The notes: generated by a model not told the origin, from the letters alone. A DNA stretch of 64,000 nucleotides from the human T2T-CHM13v2.0 reference genome, Homo sapiens (GCF_009914755.1 NC_060935.1), one strand, 5' to 3'; counted from the stretch's first letter, positions 25,435 through 39,611 are shown. Translations and numbers: made by a program.

Positions 25435-26284
25435 CTGGCCTAAAAAAAAAATTACACTTTATCAAAATAATTTCTGACGTTGTCTTTATTAGGTTTATTA
25501 TTACTTAGGGAAGCTAGACTTTAAAAGGGTTAAGGGTTTTTTTTTTTTTTAATCCGTGTAACTTTCTGTATTGCTTTTGAAGAATTTTGATCATCACTCT
25601 GGTTGAATGAATGACAATTATTTCACAGTGACCTGTGATCCCATTTTGATCAAGTGTTTTAAACTTTTTGGCATGTTTGGCAGGCTTCTCCAGGACCAAA
25701 ATTCTAAATTAAGTATTTTTGACCTAGAAATAGCTTTGGTATTTTCCAGTGAAGCCCCCAGAGAGCTTGAAAGAATATGTCTCTCATCTTGTAGAGATAT
25801 TAAATGATTAGGCTTATTTGGTAAATTGTATGGGAAACATTGGCAAATGATAAGTAATGTCAGATCTTTCAGTCACATTCATGTGGTATGTTATTTATAT
25901 GAATATTCCAATATTGCATAAAACTCTTAGAAATTTAATATGTCATCAGTCATAATTCTAAGTATTATGTTATATGTCATAAAAGTAACTAGATCTCCTT
26001 GTTAACTACTGATTATAATAAACTTCCATTATATTTAAATTTGGCTATTCTAAATATTTGTCATCCAAAATTATTTTTTAAATTCTTTTCTAAAAGCATT
26101 TGCACTCAGATTTGTGGAAAACTCTAACCCGCACTCTTAAATACAGGTTTCTAATAACTTTAAGATTAATGGATTAAATAAAATGTTTTCAAAACTTGAA
26201 TAAAAAAACTGATGAGGTTATAAAACTGTTAATCAAGACCAATCAGAACAAAATTAATTACATCAGATTAAATAACTAAAGTTA

Positions 26285-26575
26285 AGCCAGGCACTGTGGC
26301 TCATGCTCATAATCCCAGCACTTTGGAAGGCCAAAGCGAGTAGACTGCTTGAGCCTAAGAGTTCAAGATCTGGGCAACGTGACAAAACCCTGTCTCTACA
26401 AAAAGTATAAAAATTAGCCAGGTGTGGTGGTGCACACCTGTATTCCCAGCTACTTGGGAGGCTGAGGCAGGAAGACTGCTTGAGCCCAGGAGGTTGCAGC
26501 TACAGTGAGCCGTGATTGTGCCACTGCAATAGAGCCTGAGCAACAAAGCAAGACCCTGTCTCTAAATAAATAAAT
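26285..26575 (+). mobile_element. AluJ SINE with (TAAA)n tail
   Basis: gactgcttgagccc and gcaagaccctgtctc J-type diagnostics; degenerate TSD aaataactaaagtta / aaataactgaagata. Confidence 0.9.
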
Positions 26576-27986
26576 AAATAACTGAAGATAATGTTTTTAT
26601 GACTTTTATTTAAAACACTATTGGTTATTTTACTTAAATATTTTGTTTTCCAGATTTAGAGAAATCTTCTCTCTTAAGCTATCTATAGTTTACAGCAACT
26701 TGGTAAAATATAGTTTTGTGGACAAAGATGAAAGCATTTGCTTGTTCTTCCTACTCGAGTCCTCCAAATTTTGTAAATTATTTGTGAGTATTCATATGGC
26801 AAAAGGGTTATTTGCATAAGCCCAATGAAAATCTACTCTCTTTTCATAGCAGAATACAATTGGAAACATTGCTTATATTACCAATGTCTTTTATTCATGT
26901 TTTTACTGAAATGTCATATTTGAGAATATGCATATATTACCTGACTTCAATGCTTCCCATCCTTACAGTGAGTAGCTCAAAATTATCACTTTCTGGCAGG
27001 CCCAGGAACCCTAAGACTGTAGGTAAAACCTAAAGTCTGCCTTGGCTTGGCTTCCTAGCTACAAGAGGTTTTAAATCAGAGATTTCCATATGACCAATGT
27101 AAGAGAAAAAGTGATGTTTCTAATAAAAAGACAATAATATACCTGTCATTAGATTGAAGCTCTGTGCATTGTTTTCTGGATCTCATTATCTACCTATAGG
27201 CTAGACTATATATTGAGTTCATATAGATTTCTCTAATCCAAATTTCTTCCATAGAATTATGAAACACGAAAAATGCTTTAAGGCCTTGTAAGCTAAAACT
27301 AGATGAATTTTAAGGAACAAGTCTCATGCCTAATTTATGGGCCACATAAAAAGTTCACCAAACTGCCTGATGCCATAACCAGTGACATTCAAACTACAAA
27401 CCAGGATAAGAAGTTGATGTTTTCAGGCTATAAACAGCTTTTCCCAAGATATCAGAATAAGACTTCATACTGCAATAGGACTCTTACTTCTCTTAATGCC
27501 TATCTTTTTCAATTGCCAGGATAATGTGACTTATTCAATTGGTTGCCTTTAAGCCTAGGTCCATGGTTCAAAACCACTATACATATTGTATTACATATTG
27601 CTATAAATTTTATTTTGTATTTTTCCTTTTTAAACTTTATTACTCGTTAAATGTTTGTGGAAGTACAACTCCTAACAGAATAATGCTGGCCCAACATTTT
27701 GAGATGACAGTAAAAAAAGCTACAGAACAGACAAAATCAATAACTTAATAATGGACTCCAGGAGGACTTAGCCTGAGAGCCATTCCGGTTAAACTCTCTT
27801 GTTGCTGAAATGTGGCTGAAAGTTTTGTTCACACTAACTTGTAGTCACCATTCACTTTCTCCAACATGGGATCAGACAAACAAACTGAGATAGGGCCGTC
27901 TTGGAACTGAAGGACAATCAAAACCTAACCACAGGGTGATTAATTAGTGATGCTTTTAGAGAAAGATCTTGATTAAAATGGAGAAA

Positions 27987-29013
27987 TGTGAAAGTTGTCA
28001 GAATCGAAATGGAGTCACTTCTTAGGAATGGGTCATACAAAGCTAAGTGGTAATGATGCTATTTGGGGAAAGGTCTTTTTTGCTTAATTTTGTTTTTTAA
28101 AACTCTGATATTTGCTTGAGCAACAAGCAGGTTATCTGCCTGGTTGAATTCTGGTTGAACTGTGTATTCTAGTATTTCCAGTTAAGTGGTGACTAGGTAA
28201 AGAAACCACTTGGGGTAGCAATTCAACAATTCACTTATGAACGTTCATAAGCTTTCCATTTCCTAGGTAATTTTTTAAAAGCCAGTCAAAACAAAAAAAC
28301 TTCACTGTCTACTATACCTAAAGGAAATGGCCTTTTTCCTTACTGACTATACCTTCTGAATCTTGGTATTATAAAGCTCTGGGGACCTCTGAGTTTGTTC
28401 TGACCATTCGTTAGTCCGCATGGCCAAGCACTCAAGGATTGATGGATACCACACACCAGCTACATTCACTTGCTAAAAACAACAGCTCTTTCTCCAAACA
28501 ACTCAAACCCCCAGTTCCCATCGCATTCCATTTGGGTGAGATGCAACTAACAGTCCCCTTCCAGGATAAAGGAGTCAAAGAATAAAGCTTGCCTAGAGGC
28601 AAAAAATAATAATAAAAACAACAGCAAAACCTGACAAATAGAACCAGGGAAGGTCATGAAGAGAAGAATTCTCATGAACAAATGCCTGATAACAAAAACT
28701 ATCACAAAAGCCTAGGCAAAAACTGCAACCTTGCACAAAAAACACTTCTGCAAGGTCATCTGCCCAGCAACTGCCTGTTCAACTTTGGACTAGTGTCACA
28801 CTTATTATTGATCCTTGTAGCCAAGAGTAATGATCTCAAAACAATTGTGTAACCCTCCTCATTTTTTCCTTAAAAACCTTGTCTTTCTTTACCTCCCTGA
28901 ATATGCACATAGTTTACTATGACTTATATATTCCTATTGCAATGCCCTTATTCCCAAATAAATATTATTTTCTTTTAGATACCTTATCTCTCTGTTTGCT
29001 ATCTAAGCTGACA
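27987..29013 (+). mobile_element. MER34-family 3' LTR, split by a retrocopy
   Basis: tgtgaaagttgtcagaatcgaaatggagtcact start; resumes aaacctgacaaatagaaccagggaagg at ~28627; AATAAA near 28957; ends ...ctaagctgaca. Confidence 0.8.
28021..28629 (+). pseudogene. EIF4B: 5'-truncated processed retrocopy of an mRNA 3'UTR (recognised as the EIF4B distal 3'UTR)
   Basis: Non-LTR insert with AATAAA at 28581-86, 14 nt more sequence, then a decayed poly(A) tail (28601-28629). Matches my recall of the EIF4B mRNA 3' end (...gatgcaactaacag...aaagaataaagcttgcacagag). Not database-verified. Confidence 0.7.
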
Positions 29014-31660
29014 CTGTACCCCAGTTTGGGGAAATTTTAAAAATCAGAAAGCAAAGATTACAAACAGAAATCTGTAATTGCCTGGGGCAATAAGCAGACA
29101 GATTAACCAAGATAAAGATTTAGAAATAGGCAAAGGTCTCTTTGCTCAATCCCCTAGTGGGGATCCAAAGCCTTATGTACGCAAGTGAATGAAATGGTCA
29201 GGAAGTGGTGAAGAAAAATTCCTGGGAATCCTTGATATGGGAGCCCCATGCACTGTGGTTCCAAGATTCATTGGTGAAGCCCTTGTTGGAACTACAATTA
29301 GATTGAGAGAACATAACAATGTAAAAGTTGATAGGATTATGAAAGTTGGAATATTTAAACAGGCCTTGTTTAAAGAAGTCGTGTCTCCTTTACCTAAATG
29401 CTTTATGGGAATGGATATTATGTCTGGCTGGGGAAAACTTCCTCCACCTAGTATTATAAAACAAAAGGCATATAAATCTGCTCTTCAAATGATACTAATT
29501 GGATATGCTAAAGGGAACCAGTAAGATTCCCTGAGTCCACACAGTGTAGAACAGACGCTTAAGTAATGGTAGGAACAAATCCTGGGTGTGATAGCCCTAT
29601 GTAAAGCCTAGACTATTGCTTATGGCAAAAGACTGTGAACACCTCCCAGCAATTACTACTGGGAATCTGAACAAGAGAATTTCCACTTTAGGGGCATTTA
29701 CTACCTTGCTATGGGATATTAATTGAAGCTAGCCTTATGACTGAAGGACATAAAATGATCTTGAAACCGAAATACCCATGATGTATTGGATAATGTCACA
29801 GAAACACTCTAAATGGGGATGCTACTGCCCAGAAGAGTTCCATAATAAAATGGAAATGGCTTATACAAGATCATGCTATCTGAGGAATGCAAAGAGGAAA
29901 TACTCACAAGCAGGGAGCCTCTCTTCCCCCAGGATTGACTCTGGAAATGTGTGAGGAGCTGCTGGATTCCATAGTGTCCTGTAAACAGTCTCAACTGACT
30001 ATTCAAGAGCTTTTGGGTTTGCAGGTGGCAATTTTCAGGTGAATGGATGACATGCTATTTAGATGGTTGCTACTCTGGGAAGGTAAAAACAAATCAGCTT
30101 GGTGGGCTGAGTTATATGCTGTCTTTCCAGCAGCAATTGAAGAATTGAACAGTGTTAAAAGCCCCTGTGCTTGGGTTTTTACTAACTCATGGTCAGTGGC
30201 CAATGGTCTGGAAAAATGGTCAGTCAGAAAGACAATGGAAAAGGAATGCTCATATGGGCCAAAGTCTTAGGGAAATTTGAAAGGTGCACTAAATTTCAAT
30301 GCCCAGCAATGCCCAGGTCAGGAGGTGATTTGAATTGACAAGCAGATATTCCTGTGTGTTCATTTGAGGTGACCACCCGGGTCCATGAGATGACTGGTCA
30401 TGAGGCTATTGCAGCAGTGCAGAGATGGGGCTAAGTCTAGACATGTTCTTTTGCACCCTCTCAGATGCATAATGCCAAAAAAAATGGCAATAAAAACTGT
30501 TCAATCTGCCAGCAAAAGAGACAGAGATTGCCAATGGCTATGGGGCAGATTCCTTAGTTGGAAGGCTCAAACATAGCTGGCAAGTGAGACTGATGCTGAT
30601 AACCCTGAGGGAATACAAATATAAGTCTTGACAGAAATAGACACTGATTCTAGGCTAGATTTTGCTTACCCCATGGAAGGTAAAAATGCTCAGCCTGCTA
30701 CTTAAACAAACAAGAACAGAAGATACTGAATGGATTTGGATGGCCAACCATTATTTCTTCAGACCAAGGAATATGCTGTATATCCCATAATGTTCAACAA
30801 TAGTCGTAGAGGTAACCTCCTCAGAGTAAGTTTGATAGACATAGAATCTGCAATTAAAACATTGACTGACTAAATCACGGGAAGATAAAAGCATGAAGGG
30901 TTGGCTTACACACCTTTACAAGTGTGTGCTCACACTCAACATAAGTGGAGCTAAAAAAAAAGTGTCACCACTATATTTTCCTTTGTTTCTGGTGGAACTG
31001 GGAAGAAGGGGTGGGGAAGCATGCTGGCATGACTATGCAATTCTTGCCAAGGGAGTAATATGCTGTTGTAATGATTATAATTTTTTTCTTTCTTCCCCAT
31101 ATTGTCTCAATTTGATTTTTCTCCCCTACCTAACGCAGAGGTCCTAGGACCAGGGCTGCAACTACAAGAGTTAGAAACTGGGATGATTCCTAACCAAGAA
31201 ACTGTAACTGTATTTTTAAACCTTATGTCAGAATTCCTAAGGGCCTGATGAGGGTGAGTTGAGCCCCCAGCCCACCTGGAAAAATTGGGGTTAACAGTGA
31301 ATGCAGCTATATTGTCTGGAAGTAAAAAATAAACCATGAGTTCTGCACCTCATAACCTTACTCTTTCTAAATGGGAGTCGACTGAGAGAGAGGTACTTAC
31401 TAGATTGGTATTGCTGCCTACAATGTAGACCAGCATAGTGGCCTATACTAATGTCTCTTCAAAAGATTAGAAAAAAAAGTTTGGTATTAATGAAGAAAAG
31501 GAGGAATAGTAGCTGAGGGTAAAGAAATGAGTAACTGGGTTATGAATTGAAGGACATCCAATATTACATTTACACCTTGAAAGAGGCTCAGAGCAAGAGA
31601 TGACATTGTCTTTTAACTCAATTATACCAGATGCCTCAAAAGTTGAAGCTATACACTTGC
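29014..31660 (+). mobile_element. Class III (ERVL-like) internal remnant: protease, RNase H, integrase, dUTPase-like; RT core absent
   Basis: ORF 29189-29524 FLGILDMGAPCTVVP...VVSPLPKCFMGMDIMSGW (ERVL protease); ORF 30043-30270 GKNKSAWWAELYAV/FTNSWSVANGL (RNase H); LTEIDTDS..FAYP and ISSDQG at ~30628-30770 (integrase); VRIPKGL/KLGLTVNAAIL at ~31225-31315 (dUTPase-like). Many stops and frameshifts. Confidence 0.8.
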
Positions 31661-31714
31661 CTTTGGAAACTGGCTAGATTGAATGAACGTCTACTTCCAT
31701 TTTGTCCCTGTTTT

Positions 31715-33915
31715 GATAAGGAACAAAACAGCGATGCTCACTTCTTTTCAACACAGTGATGAAAGAGCTATTAAGCAAGAAATACATAGAGCAATTAAGC
31801 AATAAATAAATATATAGTACTATTAAGAACAATTAAGCAAAAAATAAAGTCATCATAATAGGAAAGAAAGAAATGAAATTCTCTCTATTTACTGATAACA
31901 TGGCCTTATATATAGAAAATCCTAAAGACCCCACCAAGAAACTGTGAGAACTGATAAATTCAGTAAAGTTGCAGGATATAAAATCAACATATGAAAATCA
32001 GTACTTTCTATATACTAATAACAAACTATCTGAAAAGGAAATCAAGAAAACAATCCCATTTACAATAGCATCAAAAACAACAAAAAATATTTAGGTGTAA
32101 ATTTAACCAAGGAATTGAAAGAACTGTAGAGTGAAAACTATAAAATACTAATGTAATAAGTTGAAAAAAACACACACAAATAAATGGAAAGATATCCTAT
32201 GTCCACTGACTGAAAGAATTAATATTGTTAACATGTTCATACTACCCAAAGCAATCTACAGATTCAGGGCAGTTCCTATCAAAATTACAATGTCATTTTT
32301 CACAGAAATAGAGAAAAAAAAGTCCTTAAACTGATATGAAATGGCAAAGACTCAAAACAATCTTGAGCAAAAAAGAACAAAGCTGAAGGCATTACACTGC
32401 ATGATTTCAAAATATATGCTAAAATGTTGTAATCAAAATAGCACAATACTGACACCAAAACATACACATATATCAATTGAAAGGATAGAAAGACCAGAAA
32501 TAAATCCACACATTTATGGTCAATTGATTTTTGAGAAAGGTACCAAAAGCACATAATGGGACAAGGACAGTGTTTAATAAATGAGATTGGAAAAACTGAT
32601 TACTTACATGCAGAAGAATAAAATTTGATCCCTGTCTTACACCATGTACAAAAAATTTACTCAAAATGGGTTAAAGACTTAAATCTAAGACCTGAAATAG
32701 CAAAACTACTACAGGAAAACATGGTGGAAAATCTTCACATTTGTCTGGACAGTGATTTTTCAGACACAACCCAGAAAACATAGGCAACAAAACTAAAACA
32801 AATTGTATTAAACCAAACTATAAAGTTTTTGCATAGCAAAAGAAACTATCAACAGAGTGAAAAGACAATCTACAGAATGGAAGAAAATGTTTGCAAACCG
32901 TACATCTGATAAGAGGTTAATATCCAAAATTTTTGAGTAACACAAACAACTCAATAGCAGGAGAACAAATAACCCAATTAAAAAATAAGCAAACAACCTG
33001 AACAGACAGGTCTCAAAAGGCATACAAATGAACAGGTACACAAAGAAATGCCCAACATCACTAATCATTACTGAAATGTAAATTAAAATCACAATTAGAT
33101 ATCAACTTCCAGCTATCAAAATAGCTTTTATCAAAAAGATCACATATGTTGGCAAGGGTGTGGAGAAAAAATAACTCTTGTACATTGTTGGTGGAAATGC
33201 AAATTAGTACATCCATTATGGAAAATGGCATGAAGGTTCCTCAAAAAACTAAAAGTAGAACTATCATATGATCCAGCAATCCCACTACTGAATATAGAGC
33301 CAAAGGAATTGAAATCAATATGTCAAGAGATATATGCACTCCTCTGTTTAATGTAGCATTATTCACAATAGCCAAGACATGAAATCAACCTGTGCCCATC
33401 AACGGATGAATGGATGAAGAAAATGTGGGATATATACATAATGGAATACTATTCAGCCTAAAAAAAAAATCTGTCATTTGTAAAAACACAGATGAATCTG
33501 AAGGACACTATGCTAAGTGAAATGAGCCAGGCAAAAAAGACATACTGCATAATCTCACTTATATGTGGAATCTAAAAAAGTCGAACTCATAGAACCAGAG
33601 AGTAGAATTATGGCTAGGAAATGCTGGCAGTAGGGGTAAGGGTAATGGTCAAAGGGTACAAAGTTTCAAATAGAAGAATACCTTTTGAGATCTATCTAAC
33701 AGCAGGGTGGCAACAGTCAATAGTACTGTATATTTCAAATAACTAATGATAAATTTCAAATATATTGCCATAAAAATAAGTTAGATTATAGATATGTTAA
33801 TTAGCTAGATTAAATCATTCCACATTGTTTACATACATCAAAATATCACATACCCCATAATTTGTACCCCATAAACGTATGCAATTTTGATTTGCCAATT
33901 AAAATATTAATAAAT
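31715..33915 (+). mobile_element. L1MA (L1MA8/9-like) 5'-truncated, ORF2 3' part and 3'UTR
   Basis: gataaattcagtaaagttgcaggatataaaatcaac, ccagaaataaatccacac, atgatccagcaatcccactact; ORF 32341-32556 resembles ORF2p; L1MA-type 3'UTR. Confidence 0.9.
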
Positions 33916-34349
33916 TAGAAACTAAATACTTAAGTGGAGTGACACAACATGTTCACAATTTAAAAAATAAAATCTATTTAAAAATGTATACACCAACCTT
34001 CTGGTGTTTACATTAGTCTTAATGGGAGCCATTTGACCTTCCAGTTCAAGTATTTGTTGGACACTAACCAGAAAATCTGTGTCCTAATCCCCAGCAAAAA
34101 GAATATTATTGTACCATCTTGGATCAGATGTTTGATCTATCTTATTCTAAACAACAGTGCCTGGGAGTATCTGGACACATGACTCCTGCTGCCAATGTTT
34201 GGGCCATGGGAGAAGCCTCTGTGATGTAAAGTGACTAACATGTTCACCAGCTCACCAGTTCTTCACAAATAGAAGAGATCAGACCCCTGGGAGACGGGGA
34301 GGAGGAAATTTTCCCCTGAGTATCAAGAAAAACATCAGGACACAGAGGG

Positions 34350-34700
34350 GTTACAAAATGGTAATATTCTCATTCTATCATCATTTTTTACCTAGTTGGA
34401 ATGCCTTCCTTATGTCAACCACTTGGTTATCTTATAGTACAGTGTATACAGGAAAGTCATGTCTTATCTTTCCCTTCATTTATCCGTTTTCAAAATAAAG
34501 AGTTGATTTCTTAGCATCTTCTAAAATCTTAATAAATTTTGTTTTTTAATTTTAGTATCAGTACAAATTATTGGACTTAAACATATTTGATGTGTTTCAA
34601 TCTATTGCAGTTATTATTCTTATTGTTGCTCAAAATTATACCACGTTTATCGAGTGAGATCCTATTCAGGTTGAACTCCAAGTCCTTTCCTATATCACTC
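34350..34700 (-). mobile_element. L1MC-type 3' fragment
   Basis: tttgatgtgtttcaatctattgcagttattattcttattgttgctcaaa motif. Confidence 0.55.
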
Positions 34701-35395
34701 TCTGTCTCTAATAGGATCAATTTTGTTAAGCTGTGTATTTTTAGAAAATTAGCTATTTCTCCTTTTTCATTGTATTTATATAAATTGATGCAAGATAGTC
34801 TTTTTTTATTTTTAAAATTTCCCCTATTAATGATATTTACTTATATTTCTAATTTTGTGCTAGTTCTAATTTTGAATGTTTGTGCATTGCCTCTTTCTCT
34901 TGTTAATTGATACAGAAATATTTTATTATTCTAATTAAAAACATAAAGAAAGTAATTACTTTTTACTTACTCCCCAGTGTGTGGCAAGGATTTTAGCATA
35001 TATTTTACTTTCACTGTTTATCTTACTCTTATTATTCCTGTTTTTATGATCACGTTCTTTAATGCTGACAGCTTTAAGTTTACATAGAGTAAAATACATA
35101 AATCCTAAATGTATGTATTGTACAAGAGTTACAATTGGTTCACATCTTTATGAACACTCCGTATTATCCATATTTTTGACTGTAGCCATTCAGGTGTGTG
35201 TATGTAATAGTATCTCATTGTAGTTTTAATTTTCATTCTCCTGGTGATAAGGACATTGAGTACCTTTTAACATGAATATTGCTTAGTTAGATATCTTTTA
35301 TTAAATGCCTATTTAAACCTTCAGATAATTTTGTATTAGGTTATCATTAAAATATCAATTAGTAATAGTTCTTTATCGTATGCAAGATTAAACTG

Positions 35396-35542
35396 CAAGT
35401 GGTCCTTGACCTACAATGGTTTGACTTTTTTTTAAATTTATGATGAGTATTGGGATATTAAATGCATTTTTGACTTAATGATATTTTCTACTTGCACTGG
35501 GTTTATCAGGACATAACCCCATCATAAGTTGAGAAGCATCTA
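35396..35542 (-). mobile_element. MER47/Tigger5-family MITE
   Basis: TIR-like ends caagtggtccttgacctacaatgg ... ccccatcataagttgagaagcatcta. Confidence 0.7.
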
Positions 35543-37310
35543 TATGGTGAATATTATTTCCAATTCCTGGCTTGCTTTCACTTTTTTGATGACGACTTTT
35601 GTAAGTAGAAGTTTTCCATTTTTATGAGGTCAAATTTATCACTTTGTTCTTTTATATTTAGTGGTTTCATGTTTTGTCTAAGAAAGCTTTGACTATTATT
35701 TTTGTCTAGAAGATTTATAGTTTTAACTTTCACTTGGAGATCTACGATGCATTCTCCAATTAATTTTGTATACGGTGATATAGGGCTCAAGGTTCACTTG
35801 TTCTAATTTGTAAATCCAACTGTTTGGGATATATATGCTTATATATAGCATCTGTATTTATACACATATAATGACATTATATCCTGAGACCTTACTAAAC
35901 TCACTTATTAGTACAAATAGTTTATTTGTAGATTCCCTTTTCAATTCTGTATGTATATAATCATAAAATATGTGAGGAAATATAACTTTATTTTTTCCTT
36001 TCCAAACTGTATTCCCCTAATTTATTTGTCTTGCTTTTTTGCACTGGTTAAGAGTTCAGTACAACGTTAAACAAAAACAGAAAGAGTGGATGTAATTGCC
36101 TAGTTCCCAGTCCTAAAGGGAAAGACGTTTAATAGTTCACATTAAGTGTGATGTTAGCTGTAGGTTTTTAACAGATACCCTTTATAAAACTGAGGAAATT
36201 TCCATCTATTCTTAGTTTGCTGAGAATTTTTATCTTTAGTTGGTGTAGAATTTTTTCAACTGCTTGTTCTGCACCTATTTGAGATAATGGGGTTTTTCTC
36301 TTTTATTCTGTTAACTTGGTAAACTCCACTGACTTTCAAATATTAAACCAATCTTACATTCCTGACATAAAGTACATTTGGTCATATTTGATCACAATGT
36401 ATTATATGTATAAATATAAATATGCGTATGTATGTATTGTAAGGGTTTTTGCATCTGTACTCATAAGGATACTGGTCTGAAATTTGGTGTCTTGAGGATA
36501 TTAAAGCAATACAGTGTTGGTCTCATAAAATGATTTGGGATGCATTCATTCACTGTCTTTTCACTAAAAGATTTTGTGCAAAATCAGTATATCTTTTTAA
36601 ATGTTTTATAATATTCACCAGTAAAGTAATATGAGATTAGAGATGGTTTTTAATTAAAAGTTCAATTTATTTAACAGATCTGTAAGTGTTCAGATTTTAT
36701 ATTTGTTATTGTGTCTAGTTTTGAAAAAATTATATTGTAAGGAATGTGCCCATTTTCTAAGGTGCTAAATTTATTGGCTTAAAAGTTGTTCATGGTATTT
36801 CACTTTTATACTTACAATGCCTGTCAAACCTGTAATGATATTTCTGTTTTCAATACTGATTTGTATTTTCTCTCTTTCTCTTTCAGTTTTATAAATCTTT
36901 TTAAAGAAAACATTTTGAGCTTTGTCAATTTTCTCTATTATTTGCTTTCTGCTCTTGTTTTGCTTTCCTTTCTTTGCATCTAATTTTCTATTTTTTTCTG
37001 TCTTCTTAAGTGAAAGCTTACATCATCAACTGTAATCCTCATTTTCGTTTTTAATATGTGCATTTAAAGCTATGAATTTCCCTCTAAGTAGTGATTTAGC
37101 TACATCTCATAAATTTAGAAATGTTGCACTCACATTGTTTAGGCAAAATATTTTCTAATTTCCGTGAGTTAGTTAGATTTATGTTGTTGGATTTCTAAAT
37201 ATTTAGAGACTACTTACTTAACTTTGAAAATACTGATTTTTGGAGAGTTCCATTGTTGTCAATGAATATACTCACTATGACTTCCATATTTTGACATTTA
37301 TTAATATTTA

Positions 37311-37619
<309 letters not shown>

Positions 37620-37967
37620 TCATATGGCCCAGAATACAGGCTGTAATTTGGTTACTATTCCATGTGCACTGGAAAAAATGTGTAATATGTCATTATTGGG
37701 TATATAGTGTTTTATAATTGCCAATTAGATCATAAAGAGTCATAGTATTAAAATCTATGTTCTTTAAATTTTACTCTGCTTATTCAAATAATTACTAACA
37801 GAAAAGTTTTTAAATCTTCAACTATTTTTATATATTTGCCTATTTCTCTTTTATATATTTGTCATTTTTCTCTTTACATATTTTGAAGCTATATTTTTGA
37901 AAATCATATATTTGGGATTGTTATTAATATATCTCTTAGATGAAATTTAATACCTTACATTATAGAG

Positions 37968-38285
37968 CAGTGGTTCCCAATGTATTTTGCACCTGGGACT
38001 GGTTTCATGGAAGACACTTTTTCCACAGATGTGGTCAGGTGCAGTCTCGAGATGAATCAAGCATTAGATTCTCATGAGGAGTGCATAACCTAGATCCCTC
38101 GCATACACAGTTTACAATAGGGTTCACACTACTGTGAGAATCCAATACTGCTGCTGATCTGACAGGAGGTGCAGATAAGGCTCTAATGCTTGCTTGCTCA
38201 CTGTTCACCTCCTGCTAAGCGGCCTGGTTCCTAACAGGCCGTGGTCTGGTCCTACTAGTTCATGGCTAAGGATTGGGGAACCTTG
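37968..38285 (+). mobile_element. MER1B hAT-Charlie MITE
   Basis: cagtggttcccaa...gcattagattctcat...ttggggaaccttg; perfect 8-bp TSD TTATAGAG (37960-67, 38286-93). Confidence 0.9.
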
Positions 38286-39304
38286 TTATAGAGAATTTTT
38301 CTGATATCTGATAGTACTTTTTGTCTCAAAATCTTTTTGTCTGACATTAGTGTAGCTTCATTATTTTTCTTAAAGGTAGTATTTGTATGATATACATTTT
38401 TCTGTTTATTCATGTTCAGCTCAATGCTGTTCTTTTATTTAAGGTGCTATCTGTTGTAAACAGCATATAGTTGGGTCTTTTAACTATACAATCTGACAAT
38501 ATCCGCCTTTTAACTAGAAAGTTGGTCCATTTACAATTAATGTAGTTACTTCTGTGGAAAGGTAAATTGATTTCTTTTGGTCTTCTGTTTTCACTTTTTA
38601 TTGGTCTTTTAGCTATATTTATTTGTATTGTCTTTCATGGTTGTGCTAGAGATCATAATATGAATTATTAACCCTTTGCAATCATAGTTTACATTTAATT
38701 AATGTTATTCAACATAGCATATAATGTAAGAACCTATATCAGTAAATTCCTTTTAACTTTCTTTGCCCTTTGTGTCACTTTTGTCATATATTTTAACTCT
38801 AAAATCTGTATAAATCTTATTACACATTTTTCATTATTTCTACTTTGAACAATTTAAGGATATTTTAATGAACTTTTTAATGCACATATTTATCCATGCT
38901 CTGCTTTCCTTTCTGAAGAGCCATGCTTTCATCTTGTATTATTTGTCTTCAGCCTGAAGAACTTCCTACTACTATTTCTTGCAGTATGCTTCTAATAGCA
39001 ACAAATTGTCCTGGTTTTTCTTTATCTTAAAATTCTTTTACTTCATCTTCATTTTTAAAGAACATTTTTACTGGATGTAGAATTTCAAGTGACAGCTTTT
39101 TTTCCTCAAGATTTTAAAGATCGCATTCTATTACTCTAGCTTCTTTTTGTTTTCAATGAGAAGTCACCTTATTATTTAAAAATTTTGTCCTCTTTCTCTG
39201 GCTGGTATTATAATTTTTTATATTTTTATTTTTCAGCAGCTAACCTATAAAGTAATGAGTGCAGCCTTTGTATTTATCCTGCTTAAAGGATACTTTTTTA
39301 ACGA

Positions 39305-39608
39305 TTTTTGTTTGTTTTTGAGACAGGATCTCACTCCATCACCCAGGCTGCAGTGCAGTAGCATGATCATGGCTCACTGCAGCCTCAGTCTCCCAGTTTC
39401 AGGTGATCATCCCACCTCAGTCTCCTGGGTATCTGTGACTACAGGCATGCACCACCACACCTGGCTATTTGTGTGTGTGTGTATTTTTTCTAGAGCTGGA
39501 GTCTCACAATATTGCCCAGGCTTGTCTTGAACTCCTAAGCTCAAGTGATCTGCTTACCTCAGCCTCCCGAAGTGCTGGGATTAGAGGAATGAACCACTGT
39601 GCCAAGTT
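39305..39608 (-). mobile_element. AluJ SINE
   Basis: gagacaggatctcact...atcatggctcactgcagcctc...aactcctaagctcaagtgatc; (TG)n in the linker. Confidence 0.9.
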
Positions 39609-39611
39609 GAG

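Larger units (their letters stand above)
22500..27986 (+). mobile_element. ERV1 MER4-group internal region (MER34-int-like), 5'-truncated, non-coding
   Basis: AT-rich MER4-group internal motifs (tttacccaaaattttggtccacagcc...); ends in a degenerate polypurine tract gattaaaatggagaaa directly before the LTR; no 5' LTR visible. Confidence 0.7.

Noticed and set aside
29189-29524. 111-aa retroviral protease ORF as a domesticated gene
   Set aside because: The catalytic DTG is changed to DMG, the surrounding pol is riddled with stops, and nothing indicates selective retention.
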